From: Trueperaceae bacterium
GTDB taxonomy: Bacteria > Deinococcota > Deinococci > Deinococcales > Trueperaceae
Assembly (NCBI GenBank): GCA_965213925.1
Contig: OZ243927.1
Coordinates: forward strand, 288,001 to 352,000
DNA: 64,000 bases
Reading direction: 5' to 3'
The notes under the pieces are model-generated. The model worked only from the letters and a program-made list of their open reading frames with translations, was not told where the DNA came from and did no database searches. Numbering within the stretch: the stretch's first letter is position 1; each line of letters opens with the position of its first letter. Shown here one piece after another: positions 1 through 8,407 of the stretch. The translations under genes and the position numbers were made by a program.

Positions 1-497
1 GAGGTTCGCACACAGTTCACTACGCCAAGCGGTTTCCAAACTCAAAAGTGGTCGGTCTGGAATATGACGAGCCTAGCATCCAGCTAGCGCAAAATACGCT
101 CGCTGAAGCTGGTATTTCTAACGCCGAAATCGTTCACGGCGACGCCAATCAGCTTGAAGACTGGGACGAGTATGACCTCATCACCATGAACATCGCGCTG
201 CATGAAACAGGTGGACCAGAGCAATACTTAGACGTCCTTCAGCGCAGCAAAAAAGCCTTGAAAGAGAACGGCACAGTTGTTGTTTCTGAGTTGCCCTATC
301 CAGATTCCCCTAAAGCCTACCGAGATTCGATGATCTACAAAATTCTCGCTGGCGTGCAACTTCATGAAGCGCTTGTGGGTTGCGGTATGATTACTCAGGG
401 ACAACTTAAAGACCTCTTCGAAGCCGCCGAATTCAGCAACATCCGAGTCGCCGAGCAGCCTGTAGCGGCAAGGTTTGTGATGCTCGGTGAACGGTAG
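1..497 (+). CDS. Class I SAM-dependent methyltransferase, 5'-partial
   Basis: Frame is open from base 3 (GSHTVHYAKRFPNSKVVGLEYD...HGDA...YDLITMNIALHE...LKENG), matching methyltransferase motifs; the start lies before the window. Confidence 0.8.
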   Translation, partial: GSHTVHYAKRFPNSKVVGLEYDEPSIQLAQNTLAEAGISNAEIVHGDANQLEDWDEYDLITMNIALHETGGPEQYLDVLQRSKKALKENGTVVVSELPYPDSPKAYRDSMIYKILAGVQLHEALVGCGMITQGQLKDLFEAAEFSNIRVAEQPVAARFVMLGER

Positions 498-582
498 AAA
501 GTTTTCCGACAGTGAGTATGTTTAGGCGCGGCAAGGTCCGCGAGAGAAGAAAAACCTTTGCCTCACCGTTATCGGAGGCGAG

Positions 583-1170
583 CTAGGCGTGAAAGTGAAA
601 TCTCCGCGGCTCAACCTTGTGCATCAGGACCGCGACCTCTTTTAACCCTAGCGCCTCGTAAAGCGCCCGACGTGCCGTCATCGCACGGCGCGAGCCGAAG
701 ACGGGACAATGAAACCACCAGGCGTCTTTCAGCCAAACCAACACCTCCCGCACGAAATCTTCCTCAAAATCGCGCTTCGTACCGCGCCTGAGCCAGTACT
801 CGAGCCGAACGTCGAACCCTAGCAGTCGGGCGGCCGTTGTCTCGTCAACCGCGTAGTCGTCCAGGAAGGGCGCGACTGGGTCGAGGTAGAGCGAACCGAT
901 GAGGCGGCTTTCGTCGGGGGTAAAGATGCTGAAGCCGTAGGCTAGGTCACGCCCAAAGTCTTCGATATGTCCGGCAAGGTCCTCAGCGTTCTGCTGAAGG
1001 CTGAAGTCGTCCTCAGGCCAGGGGCTGTCGCTCCACGTACGAAGCAGTGCCTTAGACGCCATGACAGCGTCGTAGTCTTTCAGGTTGTCGCCTGGTCGCT
1101 GGCGGTGCAGTCGGAAGCTAGGGGTCACGAGGGTGACAGGCACGGGGTTGCGCTCGGGGTTGCGCGTCAT
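583..1170 (-). CDS. RimJ/RimL-like GNAT N-acetyltransferase
   Basis: 195 aa; DYDAVMAS...WP...EDL..H...F......YGFSI......LIGSLYL pattern typical of this GNAT subgroup. Confidence 0.6.
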   Translation of the reverse strand: MTRNPERNPVPVTLVTPSFRLHRQRPGDNLKDYDAVMASKALLRTWSDSPWPEDDFSLQQNAEDLAGHIEDFGRDLAYGFSIFTPDESRLIGSLYLDPVAPFLDDYAVDETTAARLLGFDVRLEYWLRRGTKRDFEEDFVREVLVWLKDAWWFHCPVFGSRRAMTARRALYEALGLKEVAVLMHKVEPRRFHFHA

Positions 1171-1459
1171 AAGACCTCCTCAAAGCTATCAGGTCTAGTT
1201 ACGTGTGCTCTTTTGGTATCTTATCTATTTGCGCCCACCGCTCGCCCGGTATGAAACGCTTCCATCATACTCCTGGCTGACCGTTGAATAAGCTCGGTCG
1301 TTTGGCGAGCGGTGCCCGAGGTTTTGTATGGCAGCTCGCGCGACTAATGCACGAACCGATTTCGCCCAAACCGCAGCCCTGGCGATATGAGCACCTATTA
1401 GGGCCGCTCCGCACGCTTCCCCCACCTTCTGAGGGCACCGTTTCCGCTTGCCTCTGACT

Positions 1460-1570
1460 GTTCGGTTTGGCTCCAGCAAGCCGTTTGAACGCCCCCAGCT
1501 TTAACTTCTTGACCTCACCCCACCTCACGCCCCACTGTGAGATGCGCGGGCTAATCTTGCAAAAGGTATA
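1460..1570 (-). mobile_element. Left-end remnant of an IS5-family (ISL2/IS702-like) element
   Basis: Minus strand begins TATACCTTTTGCAAG (IR-like), followed by the N-terminus MRWGEVKKLKLGAFKRLAGAKP, similar to IS702-type transposase starts; similarity is lost after about 22 codons. Confidence 0.45.
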
Positions 1571-1696
1571 ATGTACTAAAAACGTTCATAGACACGTGGT
1601 GTTTTGCAAAGTCCTCCGCGCGTAATCACCGTGTAGCGCAAAACCGTCATGGAACCGCTGCACCTGAAGTACTTTCGGGAGGAGTACACTCGAAGC

Positions 1697-2422
1697 GTGC
1701 GCGTGGCAATCATTGCTGACATCCAAGGAAACGCTGTAGCTCTGGAGCAGGTACTCCTTCATATGCGCCGGCTAGACATCGATGAAGTCGTGTGTTTGGG
1801 CGACGTCGCCTCCGGTCCCGAGCCGGGCGCGGTGCTCGAGCTTCTCCGTCTACACAGATGCCACACGGTGCTTGGGAACATGGACGCGGTTATCCTCGAG
1901 CCAAGGTCTTACACAGACCTTGGCGAAGCGGAACACAAGTACGCCGAGATGGACGTTTGGTGCCACGCGCAGCTCTCGGAAGTGGATAAAGCCTTTATGC
2001 ACTCGTTCGAACCGACCGTTTCGGTCGAGCTGGGCGGTGAAGTAACACTTCTCTGCTGTCACGGCTCGCCGCTCTCTTTTGACGACGTCATCGAGGTAAC
2101 GACGTCGGAAGACGAGCTGGCGCAGTACTTCCAGGGCATTGCGGCGCAGCTCCTGGCGACCGGGCATATGCACAATCCCATGCTGCGGCGTTACCGTGAC
2201 GCAACGCTATTCAACCCTGGCAGCGTGGGCTTTCCCAATCTGCGGGTCGCAGGCGAGAAGCGGCCTCTGGTAGCCTCTTACGTGGTCGTTCAGCGAGAGC
2301 GAGGCACGGTAGATGTCGCGTTCTACAGCGTTCCTTACGCTCCTGAGGTGTTCGCGGCGCAGGTCTTGCGAAGCGGCGTGCCCCATGTTGCCTGGTTCTT
2401 GAGCGAGTGGAGTCTTGAGTAG
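1697..2422 (+). CDS. Metallophosphoesterase (YfcE/calcineurin-like)
   Basis: Motifs ADIQGN, LGD, GNMD, CHGS, GHMH, NPGSVG; GTG at 1697 preferred over 1649. Confidence 0.85.
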   Translation: MRVAIIADIQGNAVALEQVLLHMRRLDIDEVVCLGDVASGPEPGAVLELLRLHRCHTVLGNMDAVILEPRSYTDLGEAEHKYAEMDVWCHAQLSEVDKAFMHSFEPTVSVELGGEVTLLCCHGSPLSFDDVIEVTTSEDELAQYFQGIAAQLLATGHMHNPMLRRYRDATLFNPGSVGFPNLRVAGEKRPLVASYVVVQRERGTVDVAFYSVPYAPEVFAAQVLRSGVPHVAWFLSEWSLE

Positions 2423-2734
2423 AACACCTCCTTCTATGCAAGCAAGACTTAGCGAAACGACAATTATTGGTTCGTCCGGTAAATCATGTGCAGGTTCCGA
2501 AATCGAGTTTTCGCGTTGCGAACGCAAGCCAACGGACCAATAAACGGTAGCGAACTTGCCGGAACCAAGTATGTCAAGAGCAAGGCCCTAGGGAAGGAAC
2601 TGAACCGATTGGAACGCTGTGAACTGGCGAGCTGTCAATTGGCGGGTTCGCAATCTGAGAGGGCGAATCTTCAGGGCTACTACGAGCTTATCGCGGTAGC
2701 TTCGTGATTGGCTTGAGCCGTGTGCGGTGAAAGT

Positions 2735-5170
2735 GTGCGCCGTGGTGCGCATTGAGTGAATTGCCAACGGAGTTGGCCGGGGTTCAGGGCAAACGACCCC
2801 GAGGCGGATGCCTAACCTGAGCTCGAAAGGAGGGAGGGGACAAGAGCATGGCATTAAAGCGGAGCGCAAAGGAAGACGTGTACGATGCGGCTCTGCAACG
2901 CCTGAATGATAAGGCTAAGACTGGATTGTTTGAACGCCAATAGCCAGCGGTGGTCACGCACACCCGTCGGTAGCACGTCTGTACACCGACGCCATCAGGA
3001 CATTTGGATTCAAGTTTCGTCCAAATGACGCTCTGCTTGATGGGCGATGAACAATGAGTTCATCCAAGGCTATGAGTGGCGAGCCTAAGTCGTTCTAGCA
3101 CGTTCCTCAGTGACGAAACACGGGATTGCCTAAGGGACGCGAGTCCTAAGGTAACGGAGGTCTCGTAGTAGTCGTGGGCGTCACGCCCCACCAGGGAGAG
3201 CGGGAGAGCCGTTCGCAGGGCGAAGGAGACCAGGTAATCATGATGGAAAGGAACTGTGAGGTACGCGAGATGCGAACCGCCGAAACGGTACTCACCATCC
3301 TACGTGAACGCGGCCAGCGTGGCCTGCCGGTTAAAAGGGTGTATCGCCTACTCTACCGGCCTGACCTCTACCTGCGCGCCTACGCCAAGCTCTACAAGAA
3401 CGAAGGCGCACTGACACCAGGTGCCTCGGACGAAACCGTGGACGGGATGTCCCTAGCGAAAATTGATACCATCATCGAGGCGCTACGCCAAGAGCGGTAT
3501 CGGTGGACGCCGGTACGACGCCGTTACATTCCCAAAAAGAATGGCAAGATGCGGCCTCTAGGGATGCCTTCCTGGTCGGACAAACTTCTTCAAGAAGTTA
3601 TCCGCTCCATCCTGGAAGCCTATTATGAACCGCGGTTCAGCGACCGTTCTCACGGCTTTCGACCGAAACGGGGATGCCACACAGCTTTGCGCAAAGTCAC
3701 CCAAGAGGGTCGAGGTACAAAGTGGTTTATCGAGGGAGATATCTGCTCGTGTTTCGACAAGATTAACTTCGATGTCTTGTTGAACATCTTGCAGAAGAGC
3801 TTCCACGACAACCGCTTCCTGCGGCTTATCAAGGGGCTGCTCGAAGCTGGCTACCTGGAGAACTGGACCTTTCACCAGACCTACAGCGGTGTGCCGCAAG
3901 GGTCGATTGTCGGTCCAATCCTCACCAACCTGGTTCTGGACAGGCTGGACAAGTTTGTCGAGCACGAACTGATACCAGCTTACACACGCGGCGAACGCCG
4001 CAAGACCTACCCCCCGTATGTCGCCATCGCCAAAGCCGCTCACGACGCTCGGAAAGCAGGGAACTGGGAGACCGCGCGGCAACTGAGCCAGCAGGCCCAG
4101 ACAATGCCGTCGCGCGACCCCGATGACCCGAACTTCCGGCGATTGTGGTACCAAAGGTATGCCGATGACTTTCTGCTGGGGCTGAAAGGGCCAAAAGACG
4201 AGGCCGTGGCTATCAAGCAAGAGATTGCCGCCTTCTTACGCGACGAACTCAAGCTTGAGCTTAGCGAGGATAAGACCCTGCTGACCCACGCGCGCACGCA
4301 GAAAGCGCGTTTCCTGGGCTATGAGGTCCACATTCTTCACGCTGACGATAAACACGACCACCGGGGACAACGCTGCATCAACGGCAGCGTCGGACTCCGG
4401 GTACCGTCGCACGTCATGAAAGCGCACTGCGCCAAGTACATGCGACGCGGCAAGCCCATTCACCTCCCACAAAGGCTCAGCAGCGATGCTTACAGCATCG
4501 TCAGCCAATATCAAGCGGAATACCGCGGGGTCGTGCAGTATTACCGCATGGCCTACAACCTCCACACGCTGGGCCGACTCAAGCGCGTCACAGAACTCTC
4601 GCTAGTGAAAACGCTGGCGAATAAGTTCAGGACGAGTTGCCAGAAAATCTATCGGCGCTACCGCACCACCATCGACCTCAAGGAGGGCAGCTATAAAGTC
4701 CTTCAAGTCAAAGTGGACCGTGGTCCTAAAAAGAAGCCACTCATCACCCACTTTGGCGGCATCCCGTTACGGTGGAACAAATGGGTAGCCTTGGACGACA
4801 ACCAGAACAGTAAGATTTGGAACGGGCGTAATGAAGTGGTGGACCGCCTTTTAGCGCAAAGCTGTGAGCTTTGTGGGTCGGTGGAGCACGTCGAAGTGCA
4901 TCACGTCCGAAAACTGGCAGACCTTGAACAAAGAGGGCGTAAGTCACGGCCCGAATGGATGCAAAGGATGTCGGCTCGCCGACGCAAGACGCTGGTGGTC
5001 TGCCTCACCTGCCACCAAGACATCCATAAAGGGCACTACCACGGGAAAGGACTTTCATGTTGAGATTACTGGAGAGCCCCGTGACACGGAAAGCGGTCAT
5101 GCGGGGTTCGGAGGGGGGATGTTGGAAAAGCGCTATCTTTGATAGGCAGCTCGCTGGCATCCTACCCTAC
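2735..5170 (+). mobile_element. Group IIA intron (Ll.LtrB-like, ML class), apparently intact
   Basis: 5' GTGCG at 2735; DV GAGCCCCGTGAC...GCGGGGTTC at 5074-5109; DVI ending CCTACCCTAC at 5170 with branch A at -7; encodes an RT/maturase. Confidence 0.92.
3270..5063 (+). CDS. ltrA: Group II intron reverse transcriptase/maturase with C-terminal HNH endonuclease
   Basis: RPLGMP, SHGFRP, WFIEGDI, GVPQG, RYADDF, domain X, and CELC..EVHH...CLTCH; ATG 3270 follows GAGGT. Confidence 0.95.
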   Translation: MRTAETVLTILRERGQRGLPVKRVYRLLYRPDLYLRAYAKLYKNEGALTPGASDETVDGMSLAKIDTIIEALRQERYRWTPVRRRYIPKKNGKMRPLGMPSWSDKLLQEVIRSILEAYYEPRFSDRSHGFRPKRGCHTALRKVTQEGRGTKWFIEGDICSCFDKINFDVLLNILQKSFHDNRFLRLIKGLLEAGYLENWTFHQTYSGVPQGSIVGPILTNLVLDRLDKFVEHELIPAYTRGERRKTYPPYVAIAKAAHDARKAGNWETARQLSQQAQTMPSRDPDDPNFRRLWYQRYADDFLLGLKGPKDEAVAIKQEIAAFLRDELKLELSEDKTLLTHARTQKARFLGYEVHILHADDKHDHRGQRCINGSVGLRVPSHVMKAHCAKYMRRGKPIHLPQRLSSDAYSIVSQYQAEYRGVVQYYRMAYNLHTLGRLKRVTELSLVKTLANKFRTSCQKIYRRYRTTIDLKEGSYKVLQVKVDRGPKKKPLITHFGGIPLRWNKWVALDDNQNSKIWNGRNEVVDRLLAQSCELCGSVEHVEVHHVRKLADLEQRGRKSRPEWMQRMSARRRKTLVVCLTCHQDIHKGHYHGKGLSC

Positions 5171-5289
5171 CGCACGCACGGCTCTTAGGGGGCGGGAGAC
5201 CGTCACCGGTCTCCCGCTACCCGACCTTGCGCACAGCCACCCCGTGCGGCGACACGGTAACTTCTATTGCCAATAGGTAAGCTCGTGGT

Positions 5290-6252
5290 GTGAGTAGACA
5301 GAAAGTCAGCCCCGTCCAAACCCTTGTCGCCTCCTTGCTGCGCGGCGCACTCAAGCTCGGCTTTGGTCCGCAGGCGCTTAGCTTAATGAGTCGCTCGATG
5401 AGCGCGCCTAAGCTCAAGCGGCGAGCCTTCGCCGACTATACACCGAACGAACACGACGTGGTCGTCTGCACCTACGCCAAGAGCGGCACCAACTGGATGC
5501 TCCAGATCGTCACGCAAGTCGCGCACCTAGGCGGGGGCGAATTCGAACACATCCACGACCTGGTTCCTTGGCCCGACCCGCCGATGCCAGGCCTCGTAGA
5601 CCTTAAAGAGCCCACTTGGGATAGCGCCCCGACGAAGCTTCGGGCCGTCAAGACGCACTGGGAAGCGCCCTTTGTCCCCTACAACCCGGATGCCCGTTAC
5701 ATCATTGTCGTCCGCGATCCTAAAGACGTGCTCGTATCGAGCTACCACTTCGCTGACAGCATCTTCTCGGGCGTGCGCGAGCACGTATCACCTGAGACTT
5801 GGACGCACCTATTCGCAAGAGGTCGGTCGCCCTTCGGTTCGTGGGCAGCGCACACAGCCAGCTTCTGGCCCTGGCGGGAGCGAACGAACGCACTTTTTGT
5901 CCGCTTCGAGGAGATGAAAGCCGACCTTGAGGGGACGGTGCGGCGTGTTGCCGAGTTCATGGATGTTCCTCTCACGGAAGTACAACTTGGGGAGGTCGTT
6001 CGCAAGAGCAGCTTCAACTACATGAAAGCCATCGACCACAAGTTCGCGCCGCCTTCGGCCGCACCAGGGCGCGAACAGGCCGTCATGTTGCGCAGCGGCG
6101 AGACGGGGCAGGCGAAAGCGTTCCTGAGCGCGGCGCAGCGGCGGGAGGTAGACCGGGCGATGGCGCGAGAAGTCGAGCTACTCGGCTCGGACTTCCCCTT
6201 TGAGCAGTTCTATGGGCGGCAACTTGAGCCGAAACAGGTGGGCGTCACTTAG
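5290..6252 (+). CDS. Sulfotransferase domain protein (Sulfotransfer_1)
   Basis: PAPS-binding TYAKSGTNW, KTH, RDPKDVLVS, FEEMK. Confidence 0.85.
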   Translation: MSRQKVSPVQTLVASLLRGALKLGFGPQALSLMSRSMSAPKLKRRAFADYTPNEHDVVVCTYAKSGTNWMLQIVTQVAHLGGGEFEHIHDLVPWPDPPMPGLVDLKEPTWDSAPTKLRAVKTHWEAPFVPYNPDARYIIVVRDPKDVLVSSYHFADSIFSGVREHVSPETWTHLFARGRSPFGSWAAHTASFWPWRERTNALFVRFEEMKADLEGTVRRVAEFMDVPLTEVQLGEVVRKSSFNYMKAIDHKFAPPSAAPGREQAVMLRSGETGQAKAFLSAAQRREVDRAMAREVELLGSDFPFEQFYGRQLEPKQVGVT

Positions 6253-6295
6253 AGGATTGGTAAGGGGCTAGCGTGTGCAGGTTTTGCAGGCGTTC

Positions 6296-6490
6296 TGCGA
6301 GAGTTGCGCGCAACTCTCGCAAAAGGTGTGATACCGTTTCCGGTTAAACACGAAACTTTACTCCGTTTCGTGTTTAACCCGAGCGGATGCGAGAATAAAG
6401 AGCTACGGATTCCGATGATTACGAAATCAACTCCGACTCCGTAGAAGCACGCAGTGTCGGAGTTTATGCAGTAATCAATCGGAATCCGTA
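6296..6490. repeat. Cluster of three palindromic/MITE-like elements
   Basis: Perfect 26-bp palindrome at 6296-6321; 15-bp-stem hairpin at 6342-6379; 87-bp element at 6404-6490 with 13-bp TIRs TACGGATTCCGAT, resembling Deinococcus small repeats. Confidence 0.75.
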
Positions 6491-6498
6491 TGACTCGC

Positions 6499-6708
6499 TT
6501 AAACGCTAATGGCGTTTACGTTGAAGTACGGATTGCCAAACCAATAGGTCGAGGTATAGGCTAGGTACGCGCCCAGTATGTAAATTGCGCCGTGCGCGAA
6601 GTTGAGAATGCCCAGCACGCCGAAAATGATACTGAGACCGCCCGCGATGATGAAGAGCAACATATCGACGTCTAAGCTGTTGAGGAGCGCCGCTACAACC
6701 GTGCTCAT
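6499..6708 (-). pseudogene. Branched-chain amino acid ABC permease (LivH-like), 3'-truncated
   Basis: GLSIIFGVLGILNFAHG motif; only 69 codons before a stop next to the repeat cluster. Confidence 0.75.
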
Positions 6709-6735
6709 GATGGAGTGCTCATAAGACCGCCTACC

Positions 6736-7500
6736 CTACTCGAGCGAGCAGCCCGTCTCGGACGGGGCAGGGGTCACTTGGTCGCCGGGGATTTGTTGCA
6801 GGGGCTCGAGGGTACGGATGGGCAGGTCTTCACTCACCGCCGTCACGCCCCAAATAGCGGGCAAGATGGCTTGGTGGTCCTCGGGTCGGAAGGTGCGCGT
6901 GCCTGCCGGGGTCTCGAGCGTCAGCCCCGAGAGCGCCTCTATGACTGCGTCCGGCTTGGTCGAGCCCGCTTGCTCAATGGCTGCTTTGTAGGCGTAGAGC
7001 GTGCTGTACGCGCCCTCCGCGTTGTAGGAGGGCAGCGCGTCGTAGCGCTCTTGGTAGGCGTTCACGAAGTCCTGGTTGACCTGCGCGTCGTTGCCGTCAA
7101 ACCAGTAGCGCGTCCCGACCCAGATGCCCTCGGGCATCCGATCTTCTAGCGCGTAGAGCACCTCGGTCGCGCCGCCCAAGGTCATCAAGATAAAGCCCAG
7201 GTTGCTCGCCTGCCGCACGAAGTTGATGAGGTCGCCGCCCCAGAGCGAGATGAGCACCCCCTCGGGCTGCGCGTCGATGATGCGGGTGATGAAAGGCGCG
7301 TAGTCCTGTGCGCCGAAAGGCGGAAAGGCGGTCTCGCTCATGAACTCCGCGCCGCTGATCTCCTCTACGGCGTACTGCCGAAAGAAGTCCCACGACTGCC
7401 GCCCGAAGGCGTAGTCAGGACCGATGGTGGTCCAGCGCTCGGCGTCTAGGTTCTCCGCCGCGACCATCGCCGCCGCCCGGATGTTCTGGTTGATGTTTAC
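6736..7500 (-). pseudogene. Branched-chain amino acid ABC substrate-binding protein, 5'-truncated
   Basis: PDYAFG, QDYAPFIT, TPAG..TFRPEDHQ motifs; in-frame TAA just upstream of VNINQNIR, so the N-terminal part and signal peptide are missing. Confidence 0.75.
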
Positions 7501-7629
7501 TTATCTCGCACTTAGGACAACGTCTATCCAGTAAACTCGCTTGGGAGTAGGTTTGGTCTTCCACAACCCATTCTTACCCCTCCTTTTTGCTCAACCGACT
7601 TTTCGTACTACCTCCTAGGACGCTTAAAG

Positions 7630-7658
7630 TTGACAGCGATTTTCAAATGGGTTTTAAT
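7630..7658 (+). promoter_or_regulatory. Sigma70-type promoter of speD-speE
   Basis: TTGACA (7630-7635), 17 bp spacer, TTTAAT (7653-7658). Confidence 0.6.
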
Positions 7659-7735
7659 GAGGGTTCGCGTTTGATACTTACTCGAAAACGCAGCTGAACC
7701 GCGGCGTAGTCCGCGCTAAACCGAATTGAATAAAC

Positions 7736-7835
7736 GCAGCTATCATCCCCGAACGTGCGAGCCAACGTGTATTTACTCCCTTCAGAGCGTTTTTAGTCAG
7801 CTCCGAGCGCACGTGAGACAGATTTTGATACCTGC
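7736..7835. repeat. MITE family A copy (TIR GCAGGTATCATC-like)
   Basis: GCAGCTATCATC...CAGCTCCGAGCG..GAGACAGATTTTGATACCTGC; related copies at about 8250-8407, 17911-17985, 20115-20187, 36486-36605, 37778-37853, 47126-47240 and 62201-62276. Confidence 0.7.
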
Positions 7836-7850
7836 TGTGAAGGCGGTGAA

Positions 7851-8243
7851 ATGCACGCATTAGGTAGACAGATTTTAGTCGAATTTTACGGTTGTGACGA
7901 AGCGGTCCTAACCGATACGGCGAACCTTAGAGAGGTCATGTTGGAGGGCACCAGACGCTCGGGCGCAACGATCATCTCCAACGAGTTTCACACCTTCAGC
8001 CCGCACGGGGTCTCCGGCGTCATCGTCATCGCCGAGTCGCACGTGACGGTTCATACCTGGCCCGAGTTCGGCTACGCGGCGATTGACATCTTTACTTGCG
8101 GTGAAACGATTGACCCCTGGGCGGTCATGCACTACTTAGAGGCGGAGTTTGGGGCGAGTAGCATCTCGAGCATGGAACTCAAGCGCGGCTTGTTCCCCGA
8201 GAAGGTGGCGCATAAGGTCGAGGAAGCCGTCGCGAGTGATTAG
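7851..8243 (+). CDS. speD: S-adenosylmethionine decarboxylase proenzyme
   Basis: GVSGVIVIAESHVTVHTWPE..YAAIDIFTCG, with the ESH self-cleavage site. Confidence 0.95.
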   Translation: MHALGRQILVEFYGCDEAVLTDTANLREVMLEGTRRSGATIISNEFHTFSPHGVSGVIVIAESHVTVHTWPEFGYAAIDIFTCGETIDPWAVMHYLEAEFGASSISSMELKRGLFPEKVAHKVEEAVASD

Positions 8244-8249
8244 TCGGAT

Positions 8250-8407
8250 AGCAGGTTCAGAATATACTAGGATAGAGCGGCGCAGATTTCACAGCTTTGC
8301 TGTAACGGAACTTCATCTCCGCAATGTGCGTGCTAAATCATTGCGTACTACGCTTAGAGCATCCGTGACCAGCTCCGAGCGTCAGCGAGACAGACTTTGA
8401 TACCTGC
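8250..8407. repeat. MITE family A copy between speD and speE
   Basis: GCAGGT...TGACCAGCTCCGAGCG...TTTGATACCTGC; the internal 32 bp (8286-8317) is identical to 47126-47157. Confidence 0.7.

Larger units (their letters stand above)
2715..5225 (+). mobile_element. Outer group II intron 3' remnant (domain V split by the inner intron, plus domain VI)
   Basis: GAGCCGTGTGCGGTGAAAGT (2715-2734) joined to CGCACGCACGGCTC (5171-5184) rebuilds a canonical 34-nt DV; DVI hairpin GGCGGGAGACCG-TCAC-CGGTCTCCCGCT with bulged A, ending CCCGAC at 5225. Confidence 0.85.

Noticed and set aside
2486..2707. 73-aa ORF upstream of the split domain V
   Set aside because: No recognisable motif or RBS; more likely intron-remnant sequence
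2733..2737. Alternative intron start GTGTG at 2733
   Set aside because: Rebuilding DV would then need the 3' end at 5168, losing the terminal AC and the -7 branch A spacing
3174..5063. RT as a retron, DGR or defence RT
   Set aside because: It has domain X and HNH and is flanked by group II intron ends, DV and DVI; no template/variable repeat seen
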